Assembly (NCBI GenBank): GCA_002419005.1
Contig: DIFF01000012.1
Location: 17,436 to 81,435, forward strand
DNA from: Peptococcaceae bacterium UBA5755
GTDB taxonomy: Bacteria; Bacillota; Dehalobacteriia; UBA4068; UBA5755
Reading direction: 5' to 3'
Length of the DNA: 64,000 nucleotides
A model generated the notes under the pieces. That model did no database searches. It saw nothing but the letters and a program-made list of their open reading frames with translations, and was not told the origin of the DNA. The first letter of the stretch is position 1. Every line of letters starts with the position of its first letter. Below, piece by piece: positions 52,744 through 63,826 of this stretch. The position numbers and the translations under genes were made by a program.

Positions 52744-54180
52744 TTATTTTTCTTCTGGTACTGGTACGGTATATTTGCCGTTAAAGCAAGCCACACAGAA
52801 ATTTTCCGGGCTTTTACCCAAAGAATCCAGCATGCCCTCCATACTCAGGTAATAAAGGCTATCTACACCAATAAATTTTCTTGTTTGTTCTACAGAATTT
52901 TTTACAGCAATAAGTTGGTCTTTTTTTGTATCCACGCCATAATAACAGCCAAAAAGTACCGGGGGTGAACTTACAACCATGTGAACCTCGGTTGCTCCTG
53001 CATCGCGCAACATTTGAACAATCTGCCTGCTGGTAGTGCCCCGCACAATAGAGTCGTCCACCATTATTACTCTTTTACCTTGCAGTTCTTCTTTAATTGG
53101 AGAAAGTTTCAGTTGCACGCTCAGATCCCTCATTTTTTGACTAGGCTGCAAAAAAGTGCGGCCTATATAACGGTTCTTTAACATGCCAATGGTATAAGGA
53201 ATGCCTGATTCTTCTGCGTAACCCAAAGCACAAAAGGCTCCAGAATCTGGCACTGGAATTACAATATCGGCTTCAATAGGAAATTCTTTAGCCAGGTGAT
53301 GGCCCATATTACGGCGTGCCTGCCCTACCCCAATATTATCAATAAAAGAATCCGGCCGAGCAATATACACATGTTCAAAAACGCAGTGCTTCGGGCAAAC
53401 ATTACCTACTTTTATACTCTTCATGCCATTAGCATCAATGATAATAATTTCCCCTGCTTCCACTTCCCGTATAAATTCTGCCCCAATAATGTGGAAAGCA
53501 CAGCTCTCGGAGGAAAGCACATAATGGCCATTCATTTTGCCCAGGCAAAGCGGACGAATGCCATGCGGATCCCTTAAGCCAATAAGCTTGTCCTTAGTAA
53601 GAATAACCGTGCTGTATGAGCCTTTGGCATCTTTTTGCATTTTTACCAAAGCATCTTCTATATTATCTAAAGCATAGCTAGCTATTAGATGAGCCAATAC
53701 CTCACTATCTGTATTGGTTTGAAAAATAGCTCCCTTTTTGGCTAACTTATTGCACAGCTCTTCTTTATTAACCAAACAACCATTGTTGCCAATGGCTAAA
53801 CGTCCCCATAAATGATGATAAGCCAATGGTTGAGCATTTGCTGCAATGTCTTCTTTGCTATTGGCAGAATATACATGCCCTATGGCAGCATGACCAGTAA
53901 ATTTAGCAAAAGAAAATTTGTTAAAAACTTCGGCGGCCAGGCCAACCCCTTTATAAAGTCGGAAAGTGTCGCCATCAAAAACTGCTATGCCTGCACTATC
54001 TTGGCCACGATGTTGAACGCCGTATAAGGCCAAATAGGTAAGATAAGCCACTTCTTCCCCGGGAGCATAAATACCAAATAAGCCGCACTCGTCTTTAACC
54101 TTATCCATTTCATGTATAGGGATCAGAGGTTCTGGCTCATTCATACCCCTCACCTCATTATGGTTATATGCTCCCATCAT
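52744..54180 (-). CDS. purF: amidophosphoribosyltransferase (with N-terminal propeptide before the catalytic Cys)
   Basis: ECGLFGIY catalytic N-terminus after a propeptide. PRTase DDSIVRGTT. Fe-S cysteines near the C-terminus. Strong GAGGAGGG RBS at the first ATG. Confidence 0.85.
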   Translation of the reverse strand: MMGAYNHNEVRGMNEPEPLIPIHEMDKVKDECGLFGIYAPGEEVAYLTYLALYGVQHRGQDSAGIAVFDGDTFRLYKGVGLAAEVFNKFSFAKFTGHAAIGHVYSANSKEDIAANAQPLAYHHLWGRLAIGNNGCLVNKEELCNKLAKKGAIFQTNTDSEVLAHLIASYALDNIEDALVKMQKDAKGSYSTVILTKDKLIGLRDPHGIRPLCLGKMNGHYVLSSESCAFHIIGAEFIREVEAGEIIIIDANGMKSIKVGNVCPKHCVFEHVYIARPDSFIDNIGVGQARRNMGHHLAKEFPIEADIVIPVPDSGAFCALGYAEESGIPYTIGMLKNRYIGRTFLQPSQKMRDLSVQLKLSPIKEELQGKRVIMVDDSIVRGTTSRQIVQMLRDAGATEVHMVVSSPPVLFGCYYGVDTKKDQLIAVKNSVEQTRKFIGVDSLYYLSMEGMLDSLGKSPENFCVACFNGKYTVPVPEEK

Positions 54181-54228
54181 TAAAAACCCTCCTCAAGATA
54201 TAAAACAAAATTTATATATCAGCTCAGC

Positions 54229-55524
54229 TTATTGCAAGCCTGCTCTTTTAAAAATGTAATCTATTTTGTTGGTATAATATTCATAGTTAAAAAGGTCATC
54301 CAACTCTTCTTTTGTCAATACCCCCATTACATCCTTATCCTGCAAGAGCAAATATTCATAATCTATTTGATTGTTCCAGGCATTCATAGCATTGCGTTGC
54401 ACCCACTCATAGGCCGTCTCCCGTAAAACACCTTTATCAATAATAGCTAAAAGCACTCTTTGAGAAAATACCAAACCCAAAGTGCGGCCCAAATTAACTT
54501 GCATTTGATCTTCATTCACGTTCAGGTTTTCCATAACGCCAATAAATAAATGCAGCATATAATCCAACAAGATGCAGCTATCCGGAACTATTACCCGCTC
54601 GACAGAGGAATGGGTAATATCCCTTTCATGCCAAAGGGATACGTTTTCCATGGCAGCTAAAGCATTACCCCTTAACACCCGTGCAAGACCAGCCACACGC
54701 TCCGAAGTAATTGGATTCTTTTTATGGGGCATGGCGGAAGAACCCTTTTGCCCTTTACTAAAAGCTTCCTCTGCCTCTCTGATGTCGGTTCTTTGCAAGT
54801 TGCGGATCTCAGTAGCAAATTTTTCCAAAGAGGCTCCTATAATAGCCAAAGTAGACATAAATTGGGCATGGCGGTCTCTTTGAATTACTTGAGTAGAAAC
54901 TAAGGCCGGCTTCAAATCCAACCGGCGGCAAACATGCTCTTCTACGGCCGGGTAAAGGCTAGCATAAGTACCAACAGCACCGGAGATCATGCCAACGGAA
55001 ATCATTTCTTTTGCAGCTATCAAACGCTCAATATCGCGGTCTATTTCCATGGTCCAAAGGGCCATTTTTAAGCCAAAAGTAATCGGTTCGGCATGAATAC
55101 CATGGGTCCGCCCTACCATTAAAGTGTATTTATATTCTAAAGCCATTTTAGAAAGAATATCCCGTAGGGTGTGTAATTTGCCCAAAAGCAGATCTGCTGC
55201 CTGCTTCATTTGCACGGAAAGTGCCGTATCCAGCACATCGGAGGAGGTCATGCCCATGTGGATATACTTTGAGGCATCGCCCACATTTTCTCCCACCGCA
55301 GTCAAAAAAGCTATGACATCGTGCTTGGTCACTTCTTCTATTTCTTCTATTCTTTTTATGTCGAAACGAGCTTTCGTCTTAATTTCCTGATATGCCTCTT
55401 TGGGTATTTGCCCCATATCAGCCATGGCTTCGCAAGCATATATTTCAACATCCAGCATGCGTTGAAAGCGGTTTTCCGCTGCCCAAATCTTTTCCATTTC
55501 TGGCAAAGTATAGCGATGAATCAT
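54229..55524 (-). CDS. purB: adenylosuccinate lyase
   Basis: Fumarate-lyase signature GSSAMPHKKNP. Confidence 0.9.
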   Translation of the reverse strand: MIHRYTLPEMEKIWAAENRFQRMLDVEIYACEAMADMGQIPKEAYQEIKTKARFDIKRIEEIEEVTKHDVIAFLTAVGENVGDASKYIHMGMTSSDVLDTALSVQMKQAADLLLGKLHTLRDILSKMALEYKYTLMVGRTHGIHAEPITFGLKMALWTMEIDRDIERLIAAKEMISVGMISGAVGTYASLYPAVEEHVCRRLDLKPALVSTQVIQRDRHAQFMSTLAIIGASLEKFATEIRNLQRTDIREAEEAFSKGQKGSSAMPHKKNPITSERVAGLARVLRGNALAAMENVSLWHERDITHSSVERVIVPDSCILLDYMLHLFIGVMENLNVNEDQMQVNLGRTLGLVFSQRVLLAIIDKGVLRETAYEWVQRNAMNAWNNQIDYEYLLLQDKDVMGVLTKEELDDLFNYEYYTNKIDYIFKRAGLQ

Positions 55525-55586
55525 AATATTACACTCCCCATTCAGTTACATAATATAATAAAAATTCGTTTTTTTATTTATTTGGC

Positions 55587-56108
55587 TTATTTTTTCTCGG
55601 CCAAATAGGCCATCGCACCTAATTTTTGCAGCTTGGTGTCTTTGGCTTCTACCTCTTGAACCAATTGCTTTTTGTATGCTTTTAGTTTTTCTTTGATAGC
55701 AGTATCCGAAAGAGCAAGTATTTCTGCAGCTAATATGGCCGCATTTTTTGCTCCGTCTATGCCCACTGTGGCAACCGGTATACCGGGAGGCATTTGCACG
55801 ATGGCATATAAAGCATCCACACCGGTTAAAGCACCGGATTTGATTGGTACACCAATGACCGGCAAGCTGGTTTGAGCAGCAATAACACCAGGTAAGTGGG
55901 CTGCTCCCCCTGCGGCGGCAATTATTACGCTAAAACCGTTTTCCTCTGCTTTTGCTGCCAATTCCTCTGTTTTGGCCGGTGCCCGGTGGGCAGAGGAAAT
56001 GTGCATCTCATGATTTATTTTCATTTCAGCCAAAAAATTACTGGCACCTTGCATAACCGGCAAATCGGAATCGCTACCCATGATGATCAATACTTTACTT
56101 GCAGCCAT
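55587..56108 (-). CDS. purE: 5-(carboxyamino)imidazole ribonucleotide mutase
   Basis: [14 protein letters not shown] and [10 protein letters not shown] motifs. Confidence 0.9.
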   Translation of the reverse strand: MAASKVLIIMGSDSDLPVMQGASNFLAEMKINHEMHISSAHRAPAKTEELAAKAEENGFSVIIAAAGGAAHLPGVIAAQTSLPVIGVPIKSGALTGVDALYAIVQMPPGIPVATVGIDGAKNAAILAAEILALSDTAIKEKLKAYKKQLVQEVEAKDTKLQKLGAMAYLAEKK

Positions 56109-56184
56109 TTTTATACCCCCTTTTTACCCAAAAGTTTTTTATTCTGTATCAAATAAGTAAATCCTGCCCTTTTTGTAAAACTTT

Positions 56185-56916
56185 TTAAAAATTAGTTAAT
56201 GGAAAAAATACCAAAATGCTGACCGACCATAAAATGTGGGCAACAATGCACGGCCCCAGACTGCGGCGAAAAATATAAAGAGCCCCAAAACATAAGCTCA
56301 AAATGACCGCACCTATCATTAAAGCTATATTTAAGGTTGTTATGTATGTAGCTACATAAAACGCGGTAGCAAGCAAAAGCCCCTTAAAGCGGCCAAATTT
56401 TGTCATGGCCCAACGCTGCACAAAGCCACGCCAAAAAATTTCTGCAGCTGGAGCAATTATGATTATTAAAGTTATTAGTTTTAAAGCAAGGGGAGAACTT
56501 TGCCCCAAAGTATAAAAACTTTCTATCCCTTCTGTAAAAAAGGCGGGAAACAAGCTTGCAAGAAAATTGCCTAAAAGAAAAAGAAAAATAAAATATATTG
56601 CTGCCCCAACTGCTAAACCTATTATTATTTTGTCGAGATTAAAGTCTTTTTTTTCAATAAGCGGCTGACTTTCCAACAAAACCAGCAATACAAGCAAAAT
56701 AAGAGCTCCGCTTTGCATTAGCCAAAAATTGCCCACCTGAGCCACAAAAACTAACCAAGCAAAAAAAGCTGCCAACAAAAAAGAAAAAAGCACTACCCAA
56801 GTACGGACGGGCGGGCCTTGTATTTCTGGAACAGCATAATTGACACCGACGCCGATTGGAGCATCAATTATTTTAAAGTGGGGCTTTTTGTTTTTATAAA
56901 TATATTTTTTTGCCAT
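56185..56916 (-). CDS. CPBP-family intramembrane metalloprotease (CAAX protease-like)
   Basis: Multi-TM protein with the EIFWRGF motif. Confidence 0.6.
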   Translation of the reverse strand: MAKKYIYKNKKPHFKIIDAPIGVGVNYAVPEIQGPPVRTWVVLFSFLLAAFFAWLVFVAQVGNFWLMQSGALILLVLLVLLESQPLIEKKDFNLDKIIIGLAVGAAIYFIFLFLLGNFLASLFPAFFTEGIESFYTLGQSSPLALKLITLIIIIAPAAEIFWRGFVQRWAMTKFGRFKGLLLATAFYVATYITTLNIALMIGAVILSLCFGALYIFRRSLGPCIVAHILWSVSILVFFPLTNF

Positions 56917-57061
56917 TAGCTTCTCCTAAATTTCCCCTGTTCTATTTTTTATTTTTACTTTTTCTTTTAAATAAAACAAAATTAACTCATGTTATTATTC
57001 TACTATAAGATGACAATATATTGTAGCATTATTTAATATATTTTTTTAGATTGGCCATGCC

Positions 57062-57090
57062 TTGACAAAAGTAGCCAAAAAATCTATGAT
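57062..57090 (+). promoter_or_regulatory. sigma-A promoter of tyrS (TTGACA-17-TATGAT), short leader without a T-box
   Basis: -35 at 57062-57067 and -10 at 57085-57090. Only about 30 nt to the ATG. Confidence 0.5.
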
Positions 57091-57120
57091 TATTTTGTTA
57101 GTTAGGAAAGGAGCAATCTT

Positions 57121-58347
57121 ATGAATAATGTTTATGATATTTTGTTGGAACGTGGCTATATTGAGCAGGCAACCGATGAAGATAGCATAAGAGAAGTTTT
57201 GGCTAAAGAACCTGTGACTTTTTACATTGGTTTTGACCCCACTGCCGATAGCCTGCATGTGGGCCACTTTATTCAAATTATGGTTATGATACACATGCAA
57301 AAGGCCGGGCATAGGCCAATCGTTCTTTTTGGCGGCGGCACCGGCATGGTGGGAGATCCCTCCGGCCGTACTGATATGCGAAAGATGCTCACTTTGAAGC
57401 AAGTTGAACACAACATTGCAAGCTTTCAAAAACAAATGAGCCGTTTTATTGATTTTGGCGAAGAAAAAGCCATTATGGTAAACAATGGTGATTGGCTTCT
57501 TGGCCTAAATTATATCGATTTTATTAGGGATATTGGGCGGCACTTTTCCGTTAACCGTATGCTGACGGCTGATTGTTTTAAAAACCGCCTGGAAAAAGGC
57601 CTTTCTTTTTTGGAATTTAACTATATGCTAATGCAAAGTTTTGACTTTTTGGAGCTCTACAGAAGATATGGCTGCACCCTACAGCTGGGCGGCAATGACC
57701 AGTGGTCCAACATCATCAACGGGGTTGATTTGGTACGACGGGCAGATGCGGCTTTGGTTTATGGTCTTACTTTTAAGCTGCTTACCAACAGCAGCGGCAA
57801 AAAAATGGGCAAAACGGAAAGCGGTGCCTTGTGGTTAGATGCGGAAAAAACCTCGCCTTATGATTTTTATCAGTACTGGCGCAATGTTGATGATGCGGAT
57901 GTGGCAAATTGCCTGGCTCTTTTAACCTTTTTACCTATGGATGAAGTAAAACGCCTGGGCAACCTGCCGGGAGCAGAAATAAACAAAGCAAAAGAAGTTT
58001 TGGCCTTTGAAATAACCAAGCTGGTTCACGGAGAAAAAGAAGCTATTGCGGCTCAAGGTGCAGCCCAAGCTCTGTTTAGCCAAGGTAATGACACAGATAA
58101 TTTACCCAGCACTGCCCTTCCGGCCGCACTTTTTAAAAACGGCCTGGATATAATCTCACTTTTAAACAATGTCGGACTTATTGCTTCCAAAAGCGAGGGA
58201 CGGCGGTTGGTGAGTGAAGGCGGTGTTTACTTGAACGGCGAAAGAATTGACGACTTTACTTTTGTAGTTACCGCCAAGCACTTTGTCGAAGGCAAAATTT
58301 TGCTCAGAAAAGGTAAAAAAGTTTATCATCAAGTTACTCTAAGCTAA
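57121..58347 (+). CDS. tyrS: tyrosine--tRNA ligase
   Basis: HIGH-type SLHVGHF, KMSKS-type KMGKT, C-terminal S4 domain. Confidence 0.9.
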   Translation: MNNVYDILLERGYIEQATDEDSIREVLAKEPVTFYIGFDPTADSLHVGHFIQIMVMIHMQKAGHRPIVLFGGGTGMVGDPSGRTDMRKMLTLKQVEHNIASFQKQMSRFIDFGEEKAIMVNNGDWLLGLNYIDFIRDIGRHFSVNRMLTADCFKNRLEKGLSFLEFNYMLMQSFDFLELYRRYGCTLQLGGNDQWSNIINGVDLVRRADAALVYGLTFKLLTNSSGKKMGKTESGALWLDAEKTSPYDFYQYWRNVDDADVANCLALLTFLPMDEVKRLGNLPGAEINKAKEVLAFEITKLVHGEKEAIAAQGAAQALFSQGNDTDNLPSTALPAALFKNGLDIISLLNNVGLIASKSEGRRLVSEGGVYLNGERIDDFTFVVTAKHFVEGKILLRKGKKVYHQVTLS

Positions 58348-58363
58348 GATTTAATAAATTTAA

Positions 58364-58405
58364 AAAGAAGGCCCTGCAAAAGCAGAGGCCTTCTTTTGTT
58401 TTGTT
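58364..58405. terminator. bidirectional rho-independent terminator (tyrS + / ATPase -)
   Basis: aagaaggccctgc-aaaa-gcagaggccttctt plus TTTTGTTTTGTTTTT. Confidence 0.65.
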
Positions 58406-58406
58406 T

Positions 58407-59669
58407 TTACTCGGTTTTACCCAAAAGGCTGTTAATAAATTGCCGGGCTGTGCGGCCGGAGCGGGCATTATACCAAACTGCCCACTGCAAGGCTTGACGC
58501 CGCAGCTCTTCGGTTGGCATTTCTACACCCTCTTGCTCTGCTATACCCATTACGATATCCAAATATTGTTCTTGGTCGGGAGAAGCAAAGGTAATGGTGA
58601 CGCCAAAACGGTCAGCCAAGGAAAGTTTTTCTGACATATTGTCCTTCAAATGTACTTCTTGAGCACTGGTCGGTCTGTCTTCCCAGGTTTCCTGTACCAA
58701 ATGACGGCGGTTAGAGGTGGCATACATTAAAATATTTTTAGGCACATTGGCTACGCCGCCCTCCATTAGGGCCTTAAAGTGCTTATACTCTGTTTCATCT
58801 TTGTCAAAAGATAAGTCATCCATAAATATAATGTAATGCAGCGGCTCCCCTACCAGCTGAGCAACCAGCTGCGGAAATTCATCTATGTGTTGTCTTGGCA
58901 ATTCTACTATGCGGAGGCCCTGCTCGGCATATTTGTTGATTACAGCTTTGATGGTAGATGATTTACCAGTACCTCTTTCACCGTAAAGCAACAGGTTGTT
59001 GGCTATGCCGTGATTTAAAAACGCTTCTGTGTTTTCGCAAATAATTTGCTTTTGATATTCATAACCTATTAAAGTATCCAAAGTAACCGGGTCGGGCTGA
59101 GGAATACCCGTGAGGTGATTGGCCCAGCGATAAGCAGTAAAACAAACCTGTGAACCAAAGCCAAGCTTTTTATGGAAACCAGCCAGTCTTTCGGCAAGCT
59201 CCATTGGTGCCAAGGCGGTAAAATCATCGGCTATTTTTTCTCTCTCCCGAATATACAAAGCCCCAAATTGAGGCAAAACATCCGGCATTTTAAAATTTTC
59301 CAGTAGATCTAACACAGTTTGAGAGTATGCGGCACCATTTCGCGGCCAAATATTACGAGCTCCCCCCTGCAAAACAGCCAACTCTTCTATTGCTGCCGCT
59401 TTAATTTGGGAATTCAGTTGTTTCCAGTCCACATAAGCACTGGAACGGCTAAAAATGTTGTCATCGGTTAATATGATATCCAGTAAATAATCCGGCCAAA
59501 TTTTACCGCTCAAACCTGTTTTAGCAGCGGCACAACTTAATACAAAACTAAAATCGTAGGGGCCTTCGTTTTGATTTTGCCAAGCTTGTACAACTTTGTC
59601 CTTAGTAAGGTCCCTATAAATTACCAAATTCTTCATTTGTTCCAAGCTTTCCTCATAGTTTTTACTCAT
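58407..59669 (-). CDS. AAA-type ATPase, DUF815 family
   Basis: P-loop GERGTGKSS and Walker B region (IIFMDDLSF). About 420 aa. Confidence 0.5.
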   Translation of the reverse strand: MSKNYEESLEQMKNLVIYRDLTKDKVVQAWQNQNEGPYDFSFVLSCAAAKTGLSGKIWPDYLLDIILTDDNIFSRSSAYVDWKQLNSQIKAAAIEELAVLQGGARNIWPRNGAAYSQTVLDLLENFKMPDVLPQFGALYIREREKIADDFTALAPMELAERLAGFHKKLGFGSQVCFTAYRWANHLTGIPQPDPVTLDTLIGYEYQKQIICENTEAFLNHGIANNLLLYGERGTGKSSTIKAVINKYAEQGLRIVELPRQHIDEFPQLVAQLVGEPLHYIIFMDDLSFDKDETEYKHFKALMEGGVANVPKNILMYATSNRRHLVQETWEDRPTSAQEVHLKDNMSEKLSLADRFGVTITFASPDQEQYLDIVMGIAEQEGVEMPTEELRRQALQWAVWYNARSGRTARQFINSLLGKTE

Positions 59670-60580
59670 TTTACTATCCCTTCTTTTTCTCTTTTAGAAA
59701 TCAAGCCAGTATCTTTATCAAAAAGATTTGGCAGTATAATCGCAATTAAAAGAATTATTGCTCCAACAATTTGCCCCAAATGCCACACATCTTTAAAAGC
59801 AATATAGGCATAAAAAGCAGAGAGGGGTATTTCTACAGTAAACATAATAGCAGCCAGGGTCGGGCCAATCATTTTAATACCAATGGTGCTGAACAACATT
59901 GCTAAAGCCGTAGCGAATATGCCAAGAGCAAGAACACATAAATATACCTGGGGTGAATTTAGCCAAACCATGTTGTGGGTAAAAAAGCTTATCACAAAAT
60001 AAATAACGCTGGCCACAAAAAAAATGTTCACATTGAGTGTAATAACATTGATCTGGTGATTTTTAAAATAACGGCTGATATATACCATATAAAGAGCATA
60101 GCCCACAGCACTGCCAAAAGCAAGCAAAACACCCCAAAATGTAAGATTATCCAGCGAGGTGCCACAAAAAACAACCAACCCCGCCATCGCCAAGATCAAA
60201 CTAAACAGCTTTTCTTTAGTAATTTTTTCTTTGTTGATAAAATAAGCAAATATTGCCGTTAATATAGGGAAACTATAAAAAATAAGGACTGCGGTGCCCG
60301 CCGGCAAAAAATTAAGCGACTGATAAAAAAGAGCTATTTCTACTACATATAATGCAGCAAGCCAAAGAGCAGGTAAGCGGGCGCCTTTGGGCAAGAATAT
60401 CTTTTTTTTGGTAAATAGGGCCAATAAAAAAAATACCAAAAACCCTACTATAAAACGATACATTACAACAGTGGTGGCACTGAACCCATAACCATATAAA
60501 AGCTTAGCCAATATAGATTGGCTAGCTATCAATAAAGCGCTAAAAAAAATAAACAAAGTGCCTTTAAGTTGTTCTTTCAT
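59666..60580 (-). CDS. EamA/DMT-family transporter
   Basis: 10 TM helices in two EamA repeats. Overlaps the upstream gene by 4 nt. Confidence 0.7.
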   Translation of the reverse strand: MKEQLKGTLFIFFSALLIASQSILAKLLYGYGFSATTVVMYRFIVGFLVFFLLALFTKKKIFLPKGARLPALWLAALYVVEIALFYQSLNFLPAGTAVLIFYSFPILTAIFAYFINKEKITKEKLFSLILAMAGLVVFCGTSLDNLTFWGVLLAFGSAVGYALYMVYISRYFKNHQINVITLNVNIFFVASVIYFVISFFTHNMVWLNSPQVYLCVLALGIFATALAMLFSTIGIKMIGPTLAAIMFTVEIPLSAFYAYIAFKDVWHLGQIVGAIILLIAIILPNLFDKDTGLISKREKEGIVK

Positions 60581-60697
60581 TAAAAAATTTCCTATTTACA
60601 TAGCTCCTAAATAACTTATGTTTGTTTCTTATAAAACACCTCATATATTATATACTTTTTTCTTGATTATGGCAAATGTTCTTTTTATTTTTTTGTT

Positions 60698-61264
60698 TCA
60701 TTCATAAAGCTTTTGCATAACTTCCACCATATGAGAGGCAAAAACACGCAGATTTTCCATACCTTCAGTGTCTTTTTGTACTTCACCCACTGGTCCGGCA
60801 AAAAGCAAGTTCCAATATTTGCCGCCGGGCACTACCATGCCGTTTATGTAGAAAAACATGAGCATTTCTGACAAAGTCATGGTTTGGCCGCCCCGCCTTG
60901 CCACAGCCACCGGACCACCAACTTTGTTATAAAGCCAACCACCGCCGCAACGGGAAACCATGCCTAAGCGTTGCAACCCAGACATTACATCTCCCCTGGC
61001 AGTGCCAAAATACACAGGAGCCCCCACAACAAAACCTTCGGCTTCCCTTATCTTGTCTATTACTTCATTGAAACCATCATTGATGGCACAACGCCCAAGT
61101 TTGGCACAGGCCCGGCAATCTTTGCAGCTTTCTATTTTCATTTGCCCAAGCTGAATCAACTCAGTTTCGATGCCGGCTTCAGCAAAAACGCCCACGCATT
61201 CTTGCAATGCTTGATAGGTGTTTCCTTCTTTTCTGGGACTGCCGTTCCAAAGAATTACTTTCAT
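60698..61264 (-). CDS. flavodoxin-like NAD(P)H-dependent FMN reductase / iron-sulfur flavoprotein
   Basis: MKVILWNGSPRKEGNT FMN-binding N-terminus plus a cysteine cluster (CKDCRACAKLGRC). Confidence 0.6.
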   Translation of the reverse strand: MKVILWNGSPRKEGNTYQALQECVGVFAEAGIETELIQLGQMKIESCKDCRACAKLGRCAINDGFNEVIDKIREAEGFVVGAPVYFGTARGDVMSGLQRLGMVSRCGGGWLYNKVGGPVAVARRGGQTMTLSEMLMFFYINGMVVPGGKYWNLLFAGPVGEVQKDTEGMENLRVFASHMVEVMQKLYE

Positions 61265-61318
61265 TGTTTTTCCTCCTTTTTATCTATAAGGACACTTGAT
61301 TTTAAGGCTGTTTTGCTC

Positions 61319-62068
61319 TTATGGCAAAGTTATGATTATCGGTTTGTTTTCGGTGACTATCACGGTATGCTCAAACTGCACAGCCCTGGTTTTTTTGGGG
61401 GTACACAAAGTCCAGCCATCCCCTTTGTTCTCCACCACAAACTCTTCTTTTTCCGACACAAAAGGCTCAATGGCAAGCACCATGCCGTTTTTTATTACCC
61501 TGGTATCCTTGGGGTTATAATAATTTTCTATCAACTCGGGATCATCATGCAAAGTGTGGCCAACCCCATGGCCGCAAAGGTTTTTAATTACACGAAACCC
61601 GCTTCTTTTGGCTGTATTTTCCACTGCCCGGCCCACTGCACTTAGCCGTCGGCCGGCTACAGCTGCCGCAATAGCCTTTTCTAGGGCTATTTGACCGCAA
61701 TTTAAAAGTTTTTTGCCTAATCTGTCATCAGGTGGTAAAAGAAAACTAGCCCCCGTATCCGCATAATAGCCATTGTAAACCGCAGAAACATCTATATTCA
61801 CCATATCTCCCACTTTTAAAATGCGCGGGCCGGGAATCCCGTGGGCTATTTCCTCATTTATGCTTATACAGGTATAACCAGGGAAATTATACATACTGAT
61901 GGGAGCCGAACTAGCTCCATAAGATGCAAAAAGTTTGCCTGCTGTTTCATCCAGTTCTTTGGTGGTGATGCCGGGTTCTGCCATTTGCATAAGTTCTTTA
62001 AGCACCACAGCCACAATACGGCCCGATTCTTTTAATCCTTCGAGTTCTTTTTCGTTAGTTACAATCAT
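61319..62068 (-). CDS. map: type I methionyl aminopeptidase
   Basis: Pita-bread fold with metal ligands (D..D..H..E..E) and CGHGVG. Confidence 0.9.
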   Translation of the reverse strand: MIVTNEKELEGLKESGRIVAVVLKELMQMAEPGITTKELDETAGKLFASYGASSAPISMYNFPGYTCISINEEIAHGIPGPRILKVGDMVNIDVSAVYNGYYADTGASFLLPPDDRLGKKLLNCGQIALEKAIAAAVAGRRLSAVGRAVENTAKRSGFRVIKNLCGHGVGHTLHDDPELIENYYNPKDTRVIKNGMVLAIEPFVSEKEEFVVENKGDGWTLCTPKKTRAVQFEHTVIVTENKPIIITLP

Positions 62069-62198
62069 ATTTCTAGCCTCTTTTGCTTTACACTTATTTT
62101 TTATATTTTATCATAAAGTATTAATGTTGTGCACTTAATTTAAATAAAAACTGGGGGGCCTTGCGGCCGCCCAATTTTTTAACCCACTTTTTTTGATC

Positions 62199-62510
62199 TT
62201 AAACAAATTTTACGGCTGTGCCATAAGCAATAACTTCTGCCGCCCCTTGCATGATGGCGGATGAGGAATAACGGATATTTACTATTGCATCGGCACCAAG
62301 TTCTTTTGCTTCTTCTGCCATTCTTTTTGTGGCTAGAGCCCGGGCATCATTCATCATCTCATTATATGCCCTTAGCTCACCACCCACCAAAGTTTTAAAA
62401 GCTTGGGTAATATCTTTGCCTACATTTTTTGATTGGATAGTGCTGCCTTTTACCAGGCCAAGCATTTCAAAATTTTTGCCGGAAATATAATCAGTATTTA
62501 CTAAGATCAT
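62199..62510 (-). CDS. YbjQ/UPF0145-family protein
   Basis: Characteristic LVKGSTIQSKNVGKDI...GADAIVNIRY. Confidence 0.7.
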   Translation of the reverse strand: MILVNTDYISGKNFEMLGLVKGSTIQSKNVGKDITQAFKTLVGGELRAYNEMMNDARALATKRMAEEAKELGADAIVNIRYSSSAIMQGAAEVIAYGTAVKFV

Positions 62511-62712
62511 CTTCTTCTCCACTCCTTACCTCTTTTATTCTTTCTACCAAAACATAAATCGACAAACCGATGAGTGCTGCTAAAACAACTATTATGATTA
62601 TTTTGGCCGCCGGAAAAACTAAAATATAGATGCCAAAACCAAAATAAGCTATTAACACTAAAATCAGCAAAATTGTTATGATGATAGGGGCTATTATTTT
62701 TTTACTTTGCAT
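62491..62712 (-). CDS. small 2-TM membrane protein
   Basis: Start at ATG after AAAGGGAG. Two hydrophobic helices, then an acidic tail. Overlaps the YbjQ start. Confidence 0.45.
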   Translation of the reverse strand: MQSKKIIAPIIITILLILVLIAYFGFGIYILVFPAAKIIIIVVLAALIGLSIYVLVERIKEVRSGEEDDLSKY

Positions 62713-62793
62713 AAAAATCTCCCTTTTGTTTATCTTTTTGTTATACATTAGCTCGGATTTAAAGAGCAACCTACAGTAACAAAACAGTCTTTA

Positions 62794-62967
62794 TTAATCT
62801 TCATTCGTTTTGTTTGCTTTTGGCAAACGACCCGCCCTTTTCAAGGCATCCTTTAAAAGATATTCTATATGAGAGTTTACGCTTCTAATTTCGTCAGCAG
62901 ACCATTTTTCAATAGCTTCATATATTTTGGGGTCTAGCCGTAAAGGAAAGTTCTTTTTTTGAGCCAT
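62794..62967 (-). CDS. Arc/MetJ-type ribbon-helix-helix DNA-binding protein (57 aa; absent from the ORF track)
   Basis: MAQKKNFPLRLDPKIYEAIEKWSADEIRSVNSHIEYLLKDALKRAGRL.... Typical RHH beta-strand (NFPLRLD) plus two helices. ATG lies 1 nt after the SPFH stop (TGAtATG). Confidence 0.5.
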   Translation of the reverse strand: MAQKKNFPLRLDPKIYEAIEKWSADEIRSVNSHIEYLLKDALKRAGRLPKANKTNED

Positions 62968-62968
62968 A

Positions 62969-63826
62969 TCAATACAAGGTGCTTGTATTTATGATTGGCT
63001 GGGCCGAGCGGTCGGAAACTATGGCAACCATTAGATTGTTAGCCATGGCTGCTCTTCTTTCTTCATCCAGTTCAACGGTGCCATCCTTTTCCAACTGATT
63101 GATGGCTAATTGCACCATGCCAACCGCACCCTCCACAATTATTTGTCGGGCTGCCAATATTGCTGAAGCCTGCTGACGCTGCAGCATTGCACTGGCAATT
63201 TCTGTAGAATAGGCCAGGTGAGTTAACCGGGCCTCCATCACCTCTACTCCGGCTACTGCCAATCTTTCTTGTAATTCGTGGCCCAATTCGGCAGATACCT
63301 CATCCGCATTACTGCGCAAGGAATGCTGCCCCTCCACATCAAAGCTATCATATGGGTATTTTGCTGCTACATGCCGTAAAGCGGTTTCGCTTTGTATCTC
63401 AACAAATTTACTGTAATCATCTACCTCAAAAACTGCTCTGGCTGGGTCTACAACCTGAAAAACGACCACTGCGGCAATTTCTATGGGATTACCGCCCACA
63501 TCGTTAACTTTTAGTTTTTCACTGTTAAAATTACGTACCCGTAGGCTGACCATACGTCGAGTAGAAAAAGGCACCAGCATCCAAATCCCATTATCCGATA
63601 CTGTGCCGCAATAGCGGCCAAAAAATGTAACAACCGCCGCCTTATTGGGGGCTACAATGGAAAGCCCAGTACTTATGACGAAAAAAATTAAAAGGCCAAT
63701 TACCCCTAAAACAACAATCCCTTGAAAAATTGCCAGAATTGATAATACAAAAACAACAATCACAACCAGCAAAGCCAAAAAACCATTGATTTTTTTTGCT
63801 GGTCTTTCTTCCACTTTGTTTGTCAT
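62969..63826 (-). CDS. SPFH/band-7 (stomatin/prohibitin-like) membrane protein
   Basis: N-terminal TM helix, then the SPFH domain. Confidence 0.75.
   Translation of the reverse strand: MTNKVEERPAKKINGFLALLVVIVVFVLSILAIFQGIVVLGVIGLLIFFVISTGLSIVAPNKAAVVTFFGRYCGTVSDNGIWMLVPFSTRRMVSLRVRNFNSEKLKVNDVGGNPIEIAAVVVFQVVDPARAVFEVDDYSKFVEIQSETALRHVAAKYPYDSFDVEGQHSLRSNADEVSAELGHELQERLAVAGVEVMEARLTHLAYSTEIASAMLQRQQASAILAARQIIVEGAVGMVQLAINQLEKDGTVELDEERRAAMANNLMVAIVSDRSAQPIINTSTLY

Noticed and set aside
56109-56184. Purine riboswitch upstream of purE
   Set aside because: The 76-nt gap lacks the conserved UAUA...UUUCUACC...CCGUAAAU...GACUA blocks.
56917-57120. T-box leader upstream of tyrS
   Set aside because: The promoter -10 lies only about 30 nt before the ATG. 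There is no room for a specifier/antiterminator structure and no T-box sequence.
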